Assembly (NCBI RefSeq): GCF_004010195.1
Contig: NC_057719.1
Coordinates: 41,640,910-41,689,204 of the forward strand
Direction of reading: 5' to 3'
Length of the DNA: 48,295 nucleotides
Source of the DNA: Chiloscyllium plagiosum
Lineage: Eukaryota
Positions 25,163 to 36,765 of this stretch are shown piece by piece. Every line of letters begins with the position of its first letter. The stretch's first letter is position 1. The position numbers were made by a program, and so were the translations under genes. The notes under the pieces are model-generated. The model saw nothing but the letters and a program-made list of their open reading frames with translations, was not told the origin of the DNA and did no database searches.

Positions 25163-25915
25163 ATGGTGAGGACTGCAGATACCCGAGAGTCAGCATTGAT
25201 AAAGTGTGGTGATGGAAAAGGCAGAGCAGGTCAGGCAACATCTGAGGAGCAAGATCGAAGACGGCTACAGAGAGTGGTGAACTCGGCCCGAACAATCACA
25301 AAGGCCAACCTGCCATCTATAGAATCCATCTACCAGACCTGCCAGCATTCTCAAAGATCCATCCCACCCTGGCAATGCTTTTCGACAACCTCTACCATCA
25401 GGGAGAAGGTACAGAAACCTGAAGACATGCACCAGGCGGTTTCAAAACAGTTTCTACCCCACTGTTGTTAGAATACTGAATGCTGCCAGCATTCTCAAAG
25501 ATCCATCCCACCCTGGCAATGCTTTTCGACAACCTCTACCATCAGGGAGAAGGTACAGAAACCTGAACACATGCACCAGCCGGTTTCAAAACAGTTTCTA
25601 CCCCACTGTTGTTAGAATACTGAATGGACTCACAAACCCTTAACATTCGCCTCTACCTGTGTTTTTATTTTTGCCTATTTTTGTTTACCTATTATTTCCT
25701 TATCCATGCTACTTAACTATGTGATCTGCCTGTATTGCTCGCAAGACAAAGATTTTCACTGTGCCTTGGTACATGTGACAATAAATTCAATTCAATTCAA
25801 GGGAGTTAACATATCGGGCATAACCTTGATGGAGGGTTAAGCCCAAAATGTTGACTCTCTTGCTCCTCAGAGGCTGCCTGACCTGCTGTGCCTTTTCCAG
25901 CGCCACACTTTATCA
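25163..25915 (-). mobile_element. Older family A-like fold-back PLE unit, split by a Rex1 insertion
   Basis: 25198-25253 plus 25801-25826 is the inverted copy of ~25827-25915. Tail lies at the left end. Diverged TSD CCAATCTAATAGCAGATG (25148) / CCAATCTAGTGCAAATG (25918). Confidence 0.75.
25254..25800 (+). mobile_element. Rex1/Babar LINE 3' end with internal 144-bp tandem duplication
   Basis: RRRLQRVVNSARTIT, ILKDPSHPG, LPSGRRYR, NSFYPTVVRILN motifs. AATAAA plus (TTCAA)n tail. Repeat units 25339-25482 and 25483-25626. Confidence 0.85.
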
Positions 25916-26249
25916 GCCCAATCTAGTGCAAATGTTAGTTTACAGTCTGAATGTCCTGCCACAATTTTCTGAATCATGTTATCTATTATCTATTATAAAT
26001 CATGGATATTTTCACAAAGCCCATTGCTAAAATGGCTTTCTTTCTTTTGCCTTATTCATAGCTATTATTTTCAAATTCACCATTAGCAAATTATCAGTGG
26101 GAATCTTTGCCAGTGTCCCAGCTCCAATACCAATTTATTTTTCCATTACCCATCCACAATTAATTTCTTATCTTGACCATCAATATTATTACTGACTGGC
26201 AAAATATGGTGAAATGAAAATCTTTTTTCTACATCCCAGTCTTTTGGTC

Positions 26250-26922
26250 TCTGTACTTGAGAAGGGATGTATTGGAACTGGAACGGGTATAGAGGAAGTT
26301 CACTGGGTTGATTCTGGGTTTGAGAGGGTTGGCTTATGAGGATAGATTGAGTAGACTGGCACCACTGTCAATGGAATTTAGAAGATTGAGGGGGGGATCT
26401 TATAGAAACATACAAAATTATGAAGAGAACAGATAAGATAGAAACAGGAATGATGTTTCCACTGGTGGGTGAAACTAGAACTAGGAGGTGTAGCCTCATA
26501 ATAAGGGAGAGCAGACTTAGAACTGAGTTGAGGAGGAACCTCTTCACCCAAAAGATTGTGAATACAGAACAACCTCGATTATCCAAATGAGATGGGCAGG
26601 GAGTATTTTGTTTAAATAACCGAATGTTCGGATAACAGATAATGTTTTTATGGGACCTTGAGATCTTGTTCAGATAATCCGAAATTTGGATAATTGATGT
26701 TTGGATAACTGAGGTTGTTCTGTATGTGGAATTCCCTGCCCAGTGAAGCAGTTGAGGCTATCTCATTAAATGTTTTTAAGGCAAAGATAGATAGATTTTT
26801 GAACAGAAAATGAATTAAGGGTTATGGTGAGCAAGAAAAAGATCAGCTATGATTTATTGAATGGCAGAGCAGGCTTGAGGGGCCAGATGGCCTACTCCTA
26901 CTCCTATTGCTTATGTTCTTAT
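26250..26922 (+). mobile_element. CR1 LINE 3' fragment interrupted by a MITE
   Basis: Colinear with 6640-7153 once 26565-26724 is removed. Confidence 0.85.
26565..26722. mobile_element. 158-bp Tc1/mariner (pogo/Tigger-like) MITE
   Basis: TIRs CAGAACAACCTCGATTATCCAAA / TTTGGATAACTGAGGTTGTTCTG; TA TSD at 26563-26564 and 26723-26724. Confidence 0.9.
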
Positions 26923-27059
26923 ACTTTTGAATCCATATCCATCACCTCATTGAAATCCCCTGCGAAGGGTAAACATGCTACAGGCCATGGCAGCGTCTTT
27001 TCGTATTTCTAACAATTCTCAGATTATTCTCATACTAAATCTCACATTTGATTGAAGGA

Positions 27060-27515
27060 AGGATGCAAATGCATTGCAAGTGGTTTATAAAATATTTTCT
27101 AGATTGATATGTGGAAAATGCAGATTGTCTTTTAATGAAAGATTGGGCAGACTGAGCTTGATTTCATTAGAATTTAGAAGAGTGAAGATTAGATTGAAGT
27201 GTATACAATCCGGGCCAGTCTTGATAAGATGAATTTGAATAGGATCTTTCCTCCTGTGGCGGAGTCCAAAGCTTGAGCATACTGTTTAAAAATGATGGGT
27301 TGCTCTTTTAGGATAAAGATGTGGAGAGTTTCTTTCTCTCGGAGATTCTGAAGGCTGTGGAAGTGGGATCATTAAATATTTTAAGGCGGGGACAGAAACG
27401 TTCTTATTAGGAAAAGGAATCAAAGGTCATCAGGCATAAAAGAGAATGTGGAATTTGAAGCAGAAACAAAACAGCTTTGATCTCATTGCATGGTGAAGAC
27501 AATGTCAAGGAGCCA
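27060..27515 (+). mobile_element. Decayed CR1 3' fragment
   Basis: ATGAAAGATTGGGCAGACTGAGCTTG...TTAGAATTTAGAAGAGTGA, colinear with the other CR1 ends. Confidence 0.65.
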
Positions 27516-27889
27516 AACAGCTTATTTCTGCCCCCGGGTTTGCATGTTATTATGTTCAAGTAAGGAACCAAGACTGTACACAATATTCCAGATGCAGTCT
27601 CACCAATTGTCCTGTTCAGCTGCAGTAAAATGTTCTCCTTTTATATTCCATTCCCCTATATTAAAAACCAACATTTGCCTTCCTAGTAATTTGTTGCAGG
27701 TACCAACATACTCTGATCCCTCTGAACCAGAGTTCGGAAATCTCTCCATTTAAATTGCTTGCTGTTTTTCTATTCTTCATATTTATTATACTTCACCTGT
27801 CACCTACTCACTTAACCTATCTATCTCCCTTTGTAGACTTTCTATTTCCTCTTGATAATCTGCTTAATTGTTTGGCCTAAATACCAGCA

Positions 27890-28840
27890 AAACACTGTAG
27901 ATGCTAGAAATCTGAAATAAAAACAGAAAATCCCGCAGAAGCTTGTCCAAAGTCCAAACCCCATTTATGTCCTGTGGTGGTGGTTATCAACTAGGGGCTG
28001 ATAGGAGAAAGTGTCTGTGAGTTGGCATTCAGCCTCTGCAAGACAGTGGTCAGCACGCCATATGAGAACAGCACTAGCCTTTATCAGCAGATTTGGTTAC
28101 CAAGTCAGACCTGAAAGATCAGAATACAACAAGTTCAGAGGGAGATAGGTGTGAACAGTTGAGGGGAACAGAAAAATTAAAGCGGCTGATGTCACCTCAG
28201 GTATTCTCAATGTACAGGGAAATGTCCTTAATCAAGTTCAGGTAAAAGGCCAAATCAGTGGATCTAGGTGGAGGGAGCATATAAAAGAAGGATGAAGAAT
28301 CTGTGGAGTGGGGAGAGGGCTCTTATTCAAAGAAGTTGGCATGGAGTTGAAAGTGATGGAAGACAAGTTCAATGGTATGTTGTGCCCAAACTTCATTGGT
28401 GGGATATAAAGAAATAAGTCCTTTGCTGAGAACGGAACAGTCAGACATGTGGTGAATACATGGGAAAAAGTAGGATTATAAAAAGGGATGGTGTCATTGG
28501 GAAGTGGAGGAAAAATCCAGAGGGTGTCAGTACCTATGATTTGTTGGAGTTTGTGTTTCTTAACATCTGAAGCAAGAGGAAAGGTTTCTTGTTAAGGTGT
28601 CGAATGAGCTGATGAATGAAATAGAACTGGGAACTGAGATGACTCTGAAGTAGTGTGAGGTGTTGCTGATAGAGAGAGGTTGGGGTTGCTCATGGCTCTG
28701 AGTGTGGATCTCAGGAAGTGGTGCCAGCAGCAGTCTGAGGAGCATTATATGAATCAAAGGGACTTGTAATGCTGGGTGTGTTAAAACGTGAAGGGTTGAA
28801 CTTCACTTAGAATCCTCATGGGGTAAAGCAGATAAATGGC
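27890..28840 (-). mobile_element. Highly decayed Penelope-like 5'/RT fragment
   Basis: Minus strand shows SVLSKGL-like (near 28415-28440) and ADKG-like (near 28075-28090) motifs matching the element at 36766-38518. Confidence 0.6.
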
Positions 28841-29096
28841 TGTGAAAGTGAGTTTTGGCAAACACGTTATCAAACACTATGCAGGAAATAGAAACAATGA
28901 AAGTGAACAAGTGAAAAGATTAAAATGGAAATCCCATCAGAGAGCAAAGCAGAACTTCCTCAAGGTGGACATAATTGAAGAGAAGTGATTGTGAATTAAA
29001 CACTCAATAAAAGTAAAATGTTGTGGATGTTGGAAATCAAAAATAATAACAGAAAATGCTGGTGAGCTCAGTAGGTTTGGCAGCATCTGTGGGGAT

Positions 29097-29848
29097 GGAA
29101 CTATACAGAGCAGCGGAAAATCACCTATCCAGTATATTCAAAAAGAATGGGTACCCAATGAACACAGTCCGTCGATTTCTCAGCAACAAACCCAAACAAG
29201 CAGATAAAACACATCCAGAAACCCTATCCACTCTCCCCTACATCAAAGATATCTCAGAAATGACTGCCAAACTACTCAGACCCCTTGAGCATCATGGTAG
29301 CCCACAAATCCACCAACACACTAAAACGGCAGCTAATGAACTTGAAAGACCTTATACAGACAACAAGCAAAACTAATGTCATTTACAAAATACCATGCAA
29401 CGACTGTAACAAACACTACACTGAACAAACAGGCAGAAATCTAGCCACCAGGATACATGAACATCAACTAGCCACAAAAAGACATGACCCTCTCTCACTA
29501 GTATCCTCACATACAGATAAGGAAGGATGCCACTTCGACTGGGACAAGCCAAACAGAGACACGCACGAGAATTCCTAGAAGCATGACATTCCAACTGGAA
29601 CTCTATCAACAAACATATTAAGATAGACCCCATTTACCACCCCCTGTGAAAAAGAATAGGAAATGACATCACCACCGGAAATGATGTCACCACAGCAGGT
29701 GACATCACCAGCACAAAGAAACCCAAACATATAAATAGAAAACAAAAATCAACTGTGCTTCGCCTGGAGGTCCACCGAAGATGTTACCTAGTAGGGTGAC
29801 AAAACATCTGGAAATGAACCTTCCAGCTCAGTGAGCAAACCCACATCC
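29097..29848 (+). mobile_element. Penelope-like element (family C), 5'-truncated GIY-YIG end
   Basis: NVIYKIPCNDCNKHYTEQTGRNLATRIHEH; colinear with 20817-21592; decayed hammerhead at 29771-29812. Confidence 0.9.
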
Positions 29849-30384
29849 TGCTCTGTACCCTTTTGCTTTGTAAGGCAATATTTTCCCTCTTCCAAACTCT
29901 CTCCATCTTCTAAATTAATTAATGCCCTCTCTACTTATCTTAATACTTTTCTTATTGGACTTACTCTTCTTACCTTTAGGTTTTGCTGGTAGAATATCCA
30001 GGCTATGCTCCATTCCCCCATCCATTCAGTTGTTAAATTTAATCAGGATCCTATACATTGTGGAGCCCTAACAAGGCCCTATAGCAAGGCCTTAGCCACC
30101 TTTATGAACAATGGAAGCAACATTAAAGTTAGAATCAAAGCCCAAATAAGATTATAATTTCTTATTTACAGTTTTAACTTTGCTTCCATTCAGCTATTGC
30201 CAGGAAGAGAGAGTTAAAATTGTTTCTAATATATATGGGAAAGAAGAAAATAACCATGCAAAAGGTGATAGGTGAGTTATATAGGTGAAAGTTCCAAAAA
30301 CCTGACATACTTTTGAAAATTAAGCCAAATGTTTAAAGAAACTGCAATTAGGTGAAAGCATACAAAACAGAAAAGGCAAAAATC

Positions 30385-30651
30385 AAGTTCAAAATCACAC
30401 CACACCAGGTTATTGCCCAACAGGTTTAATTGGAAGCACACTAGCTTTCGGAGGTTGGAGTGTTGCTCCTTCAGCAGCTGGTAGTGGAGGGCTCAATCCT
30501 AACACACAGGATTGAGCCCTCCACTACCACCTGATGAAGGAGCGACGCTCTGAAAGCTGGTGTGCTTCCAATTAAACCTGTTGGACTATAACCTGGTGTG
30601 GTGTGATTTTGAACTTTGTACACCCTAGTCCAACACCGGCATCTCCAAATC
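30385..30651 (+). mobile_element. Short PLE-type (family B) fold-back unit with hammerhead motif and ~35-nt tail
   Basis: Inverted arms 30385-30500 / 30508-30616 with loop AACACAC. CAC-CTGATGA(30531)-A-GGAGC-GAC-GCTCT-GAAA-GC-TG-GTG. AAAATCAA at 30379-30386 and 30652-30659. Confidence 0.8.
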
Positions 30652-30733
30652 AAAATCAAATTCAGGTGCTTCCAAAGGTTTCACCTGTTAAATAAATAAT
30701 GCAGCATTCACCTTCTTTGGGTTACTAATACTA

Positions 30734-31384
30734 AGTTAAAAATCACACAACACCAGATTATACTCCAAGAGGTTTATTTGGAAACACTAGCTTTCGGAGT
30801 GCTGCTCCTTCATCTTTTAAAAAAGTTTAGATTAGATTAGATTACAGTGTAGAAACAGGCCCTTCGGCCCAACAAGTCCACACCGACCCGCCGAAGCGAA
30901 ACCCCTTACCTAACACTACGGGCAATTTAGTATGGCCAATTCACCTGACCCTGCACATCTTTGTGATGTGGGAGGAAACCGGAGCACTCGGAGGAAACCC
31001 ACGCAGACACGGGGAGAACGTGCAAACTCCACACAGTCAGTCGCCTGAGACGGGAATTGAACCCGGGTCTCTGGCGCTGTGAGGCAGCAGTGCTAACCAC
31101 TGTGCCACCGTGCCGCCCAAAGTTCTGCAATTTACATATGAAAAAACTGAAACCAACATGTTCATTCTAAAAGATGAGAGACTTAACAAACAATCCAGGT
31201 CTTTTTCAATATATAATTTCAGTTACATCACACTGTAAACCTTTGCTGTAAATTCTGTCTTGCGATCTTATACACCACAACCACCTGATGAAGGAGCAGA
31301 GCTCCGAAAGCTAGTACTTCCAAATAAACCTGCTGGACTATAACCTGGTGTTGTGTACTTTTTAACACTGGCATCTCTAAAGCA
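30734..31384 (+). mobile_element. PLE-type family B unit with inverted terminal arm, interrupted by an HE1 SINE
   Basis: 30734-30814 is an inverted copy of ~31287-31366. Hammerhead AC-CTGATGA(31285)-A-GGAGC-AGA-GCTCC-GAAA-GC-TA-GT. TSD TTACTAATACTA (30722-30733) / TTACTAATGCTA (31385-31396). Confidence 0.8.
30828..31118 (-). mobile_element. Young HE1-type SINE
   Basis: Full head GGGCGGCACGGTGGCACAGTGG, V-like domain, (TAATC)n tail, CpGs retained, TSD AAAGTT (30822-30827, 31119-31124). Confidence 0.9.
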
Positions 31385-34300
31385 TTACTAATGCTATTGC
31401 ACTCTCCCATTCATATGCAACAAGGAGATTGTGAATAAAGTGTCATATTTTGAAGAACAGACAGAACACAAATACTTTTCCACATATCCTGTACATTTCA
31501 AGCAATACTCTCATTGCCATTAGGAAAGCCGAAATTTAAATCCATGAATACACATAGTCTAGTTCTCAAAGAGAAATGAAAACTATCAACCATGGAACGA
31601 CACCAAGATTTCACATGGACATGCCTATTTATAAAATTATGTGTTGATGGATCACAATTCTTAGGTCCTGATAACTAGATTTTAAGGTTGTCAATTTAGT
31701 TTTTGTACTTTATATTTCAGTACAATATAAACTTCAATTGACTACTGCTATGCTGTTAAGAATATACAGCTGCTGCATGACGGAATATTGCATGGCCCAC
31801 TGAGGCAGGTCTAACAACTTTTCTTCATTACAGGAATGATGCTTAGAATGTCACCCACACATATCAATGGCACTTCATCTGTCAACCAGAGGAATTGCTT
31901 TTGATTACTGCTATCAGCTTGAGCCCGTCCAAGCCTTGCTCTACAAGTACGCTGAACATATTGCAATGGCAGCATACTGAAAGCTGGAGGTTTTAACTGG
32001 GCAGTGGTCCAATCAGCTTACATCATATAGCGGAATAATTAGTGTGTTCAAGGAGAAATGAAACCAGCTGGTAGGCAGCCTTGATCTGCTGCAAGTGATG
32101 AAATTAGCTGCAGGTTATGAAGCAGCACCTTAAAAGAAGCAGGGATTCTCACTTGACTTTGAAAAATTATCTTTAAATAAAGGTTTATCCCTCTTGTACA
32201 TTAAGATAAAAAAGACTTGGCTAAACGCTAAAGCTATAACACATTATTGAATGCTAAATTTATGGGATTAATTATTACTACAAGTTATCCAGAATGTATG
32301 CAATCAACCTTGCACCTTAACACTATGTATACTAATGAAGATTAGCGCATATTTTATGCAATCAACTGAACAATAATTTCCCATTTAATAACACATTAAA
32401 ATATTCTAATCAACTCATTTTATTAACAACCACTAAACTCAGAAATGTTTTTCCATAGATTACAAAGGTGTGACTTTAAATGTAATAATTATAAAGAAGA
32501 AATAGATTTGAGGGAAATTAATTATCAGCACACACTGTTGCAGCAAAATAATCACATTACCTTTCGCAATAATGTCATAAATATTTAAAGAAAGATCATT
32601 TATTCTCTGTTATTTTCATTCTAGCTCCACATTGCCCTTTTGAATGCACAAAGATATTTGTCAAATGTTGCTGATCTGATTTTCAAATTAAAAGTGCAAA
32701 GAATCATAGGCAATTTACTTGTTCACTGCAGCATGAAGGAAATCAAAAACATTGTTGTGTTTTGTTGCAGACCAGAATAATACATATGTCTGAAATTAAT
32801 TTTTTTTAAACAGTCAAGCATTGTGACCTAAATCTGAGGTTTATGCAGAGAAGTGTTGAATCATTTTCTGTATAGCAGTAAAGCTTCTACAGAGGCAGAT
32901 GTGATTGTATCTATGCAGAATGATGAACTAACACCAGAATTTGAAAAAGTAGACCTGAAGGTCTCCTAACTAGTGAAAATGAACTGAGGTGGTCTCTCTG
33001 CTACAAATGGAGGAGCAGTAATCCTGCTGTCACTAAGACCACCTCAATCTTCACTCCTGAGCAGCCAAAGATCATGCTGTCTCTCACATTAAATGAGTTG
33101 CTAGGCCCATTTAAAATGGTAAAGCCCTGATTTACCTAAAATGGTAATCAGGGCTTGGCAATACACAGAGGATCCTTGTCACTGTTGCAATGAACCTTAG
33201 AGCATGCAGGAGTTCATCATACTCGAGCCAACTCTTTGAATGACTTATCCATTTATTTCAGCCATTCTTGCTATTTTCCCATGGCTGAGCAGACCTTTCC
33301 CTTACAAATATTGGTCCAATTCCCTTTTGAATGTTATTATTGAATTTGATTAAATACTCTTTTGAGGCAACGCACTCCAGATTGGAATAACTTGCTGCAT
33401 GAATCCATTTCTCATCTCTGCTGAACCGTCAGAGCTACCCAATGTTGCAGTGGCCCAGGGTCAGTGAAATGTGCCAGAGTACTTGTTTGCTGCCTGCAAC
33501 ATACTAATAAGGCCCAACCATCAAATGCCCTCCCTTTAGAGCTATAAATTGTTCCTCCAGCCAGTCACTTGAAGACCACGCAAGATGAAAATCTCAATTT
33601 ACATTTGGGTACAATCACCACCACCCTTCACATTAATATGGAGAAAATGTCACTGTTGTGTTAGTTATCCAGAAACTATGCAAAAAAAAAGTGGCTCATT
33701 CATCACTAACAAAAAAAGATCAGGAATAAAGATGTCATTCAGCAGGCGGGCTGCTCATTTTTCTGTTGTGTGGCTTTGGATTAATGTGTGTGCACTCCAT
33801 CTGCAGTGCTGTGTGTCAGCGATTAATTTTCTATCGTGCAGCATTGAATGAGTGTATGTTTGATTAATGTGTAATTGTCAACCCCTCCGCCATGTGAAAT
33901 GTAACTTTCAGTATTAGGGCTTCTCACAATGCAATGGGAAAACAACTGACACTAACCACAGCAACAATAACTTCTATTCACTAAAACACAGGGAGGATTT
34001 GGGATAGGAGGTAGTTAATTGTGCATATTCCTGTGGTTCCCACCTGAAAATTTGATAGGTTAATGTGTAAACAAAAAAGGCAGAAGTCAAAAATAAAAAG
34101 TAAACTAAACAATGCCTCAAAAAAGTAAGCACCGAAAATGTTTTCACGGGAAATTTTCCTGTCCACGCTGCAGTGTATGTATGTTGCAATGACATTGAGA
34201 AATAGATTGTATATGTACCATCAACTGTGCCAAGAATACGCCACTGCACAATTGAGCTGTTTACAGTAGCAATAGCAATCATCTCCATTCAGACCAACCA

Positions 34301-36585
34301 GGGTTTTTTTTTTAATGCTCAGTTATGTTAATCAAAGAATTAGGACAGCCATGACATAATGATTTAGGCTCCAGTCTACATTGGACCGTGTCCTGTAATC
34401 TTAAAAAGACGAAAACACTCGCGCTAATTCTGTACGCACTAATTGGTACAAATTTATCACCTGTCTTTCGGATGTTCATGAATATTGTGTGAATAAAATG
34501 AGGAGCCCAGCAGTCAGATAAGTAATGCTACATTTACCATTGCTCTACACCAGAAAAGGAATGGTCAATTCTTCAAATAGTAAGCCCTGGTCTGGGAATA
34601 CACCTTCAGAATTATATTTATCTGACCTCAAAAGTCATCAGAAATTCAGAATGTCAGGGGATTTGCACTGAAAAAAATCTATACTATATAGTTATTAAAA
34701 CTGATAGATCACAGCACATAATTAGAACTTCAGACTCCATATCAATCTTTGTCAGTAAGTCTCAGTTCATATTCAACACACAAAATAAATACAAAAAGAA
34801 AACACTTAAAAAAGGACAAGTCTCGTCAATTGTTCATTATAACAGAAGTGTTTTCAGTTGTGAACTTCTGTTGATTTTTCTTTTCCTGAAGCTGTGGATT
34901 TCCTTCCAACAGATTTAGTCAATGGGTAACCCAGGTAACTGGAAGGTGTGAGGTTTCATCTTTCGGATCGTGCTGAGATAAGACAGCTCAGCAAGGGATA
35001 GTGAGTTAGGCAAAGGGAAATCCATCCACCTCTGATCGTCATCCACCAACACCTACCATAGCTGTGTACATAATTGAGCACAAAATTGACAAGATACCTG
35101 CTGAAGTTGATCAGTCCACTGACCCTCATTGTCAATGCTCACACCTGACTTATCGTCCTTTGGATGAAAGAACAAGAATTCTGGGTCAAAGGCAAACACA
35201 GATTCTATCTCTTTAGGAGGACAAGATTGGAAAAAAGACTGATAGAAGGAATTGATGATGACTTGGATAGAAATTGGAGGCAACATTGTGATAAAGCAGT
35301 GAGTAGTGAGTACTAGTGAAAGATTTGACTGCGTGAGAGAGCTGAATTAACAGGAGCAGTTAAGGTCATTAACTGGGGTCTACAGAGGCTACATTGTTTG
35401 AACTGAGTGCATGCATTTACCTTCCTTCACACTGCCAGACTTGATAATTCCTCCCAGTCAGTTTCCTTCATGATGCCATTAATATACATTTTTAAGCAAA
35501 ATATATTGAGCAATGAGCAGAAGCAGCATGTGGTTTAGTGGATCAGCAGGGCTGCTGTCTCAACCTGCTGGGCCTTTCTATACTCCTGAAAACTATCAGT
35601 GTTAATAATGCATGTAGACTACATTCTGAATTCATGCTGATATTTGAATCTTTGAGGTTATAGCCCAGAAATTACAGCTGCTGATAAAAATAAATGGGTT
35701 AAAACCTCCATTAGCACAGCAGAGCATGTGGAAACACTAAATGCTATTGGCTAACACCGACATTGATCATTTCTCTCCAATATGTACATAATTTTTACTT
35801 GATAGTTCTGTAACAGTGGAGAAAATAGGTAGGACAATCAAGGGAGAGACAGATCAAGCTCTTCAATGCTGGGCCCTACAATATTCAGCCGAAAGACCAA
35901 AGATCATCCAGTCACTGACGTTAGTATTATCACAATGCAGCACAAGTATTAGTTGATGCCTGCTAAAATACCTGATTAAAAAATAAAGAACAACCTCATG
36001 TCTGTGGTAAGCTCACCCCACCCCATTTTTGTATGAAATGTATAAACAGGGTTCTACAATCAATGTATGATTTTCAATGAGTGCTGTTTCCAACATGTTC
36101 AGTAGAGCAAAGACAAGTGTTTGTTTTGGAGCAATATAGTGAGGGGAACCTTTCCGAATAGTGAGTGAGGATGGAAGGTACTGTTTGTGTAGCAGAAGTG
36201 AAAAAATTGTGTTAGCTTCCACCACTAGTTACCTTCTTGGGGAATAAGCCAAATTAGTGTACGCTTTACATAATCAAGTAATGTTCAAATGAAGTACTAC
36301 TGTATAAAAATAACCATCTGTCTCACTCTACTATTGAACTACTCAGTTTAAATGATGACACCAGTGGTTTTGAGAAATCAAAGTTATACACTTTAACTTC
36401 CCCAGAAGTACATATTAGCCTTTCTAGGGCTTGCTAACTCTGTGATAAGTACCATTCATGGCAAATATTAATAGCTTCATTAACTCCAAGCTTTTATTTA
36501 GAAATGTTTTCTTTCTACTTTGCCCATCAGCTCCCTTCCTCCATTGTCCCAGTCCAACTACTAGCTGTTGATACATTTATAAGAT

Positions 36586-36765
36586 AACTTGCATTCACCT
36601 TGCACTTTTGTAAAAGCACTTTACCGCCAGGGAAGTATGTTTTTGTGAATGTTGTGATGTAGGAATCATACCAGTTAATTTGTGCAGAAAATCTCCCACA
36701 AACAATAATGCAGTAATGAAGGGGTTCTTTTGAGTGATGTCATTTCACTGGTAAATATTGGCTAA
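36586..36765 (-). mobile_element. DeuSINE-like SINE 3' part; continues at ~39771-39862 beyond the PLE insertion
   Basis: AATTTGTGCAGAAAATCTCCCACAA is the reverse complement of the motif near 3300. The downstream half reads ...TTCAAAATAGTGGCATGTGATCTTT...GGCCTTGATTTAACATCTCA. Confidence 0.6.

Noticed and set aside
34342..34396. Weak hairpin AGGACA...TGTCCT as a miRNA or SECIS candidate
   Set aside because: Internal pairing is poor and no SECIS quartet geometry or known mature sequence is recognisable.
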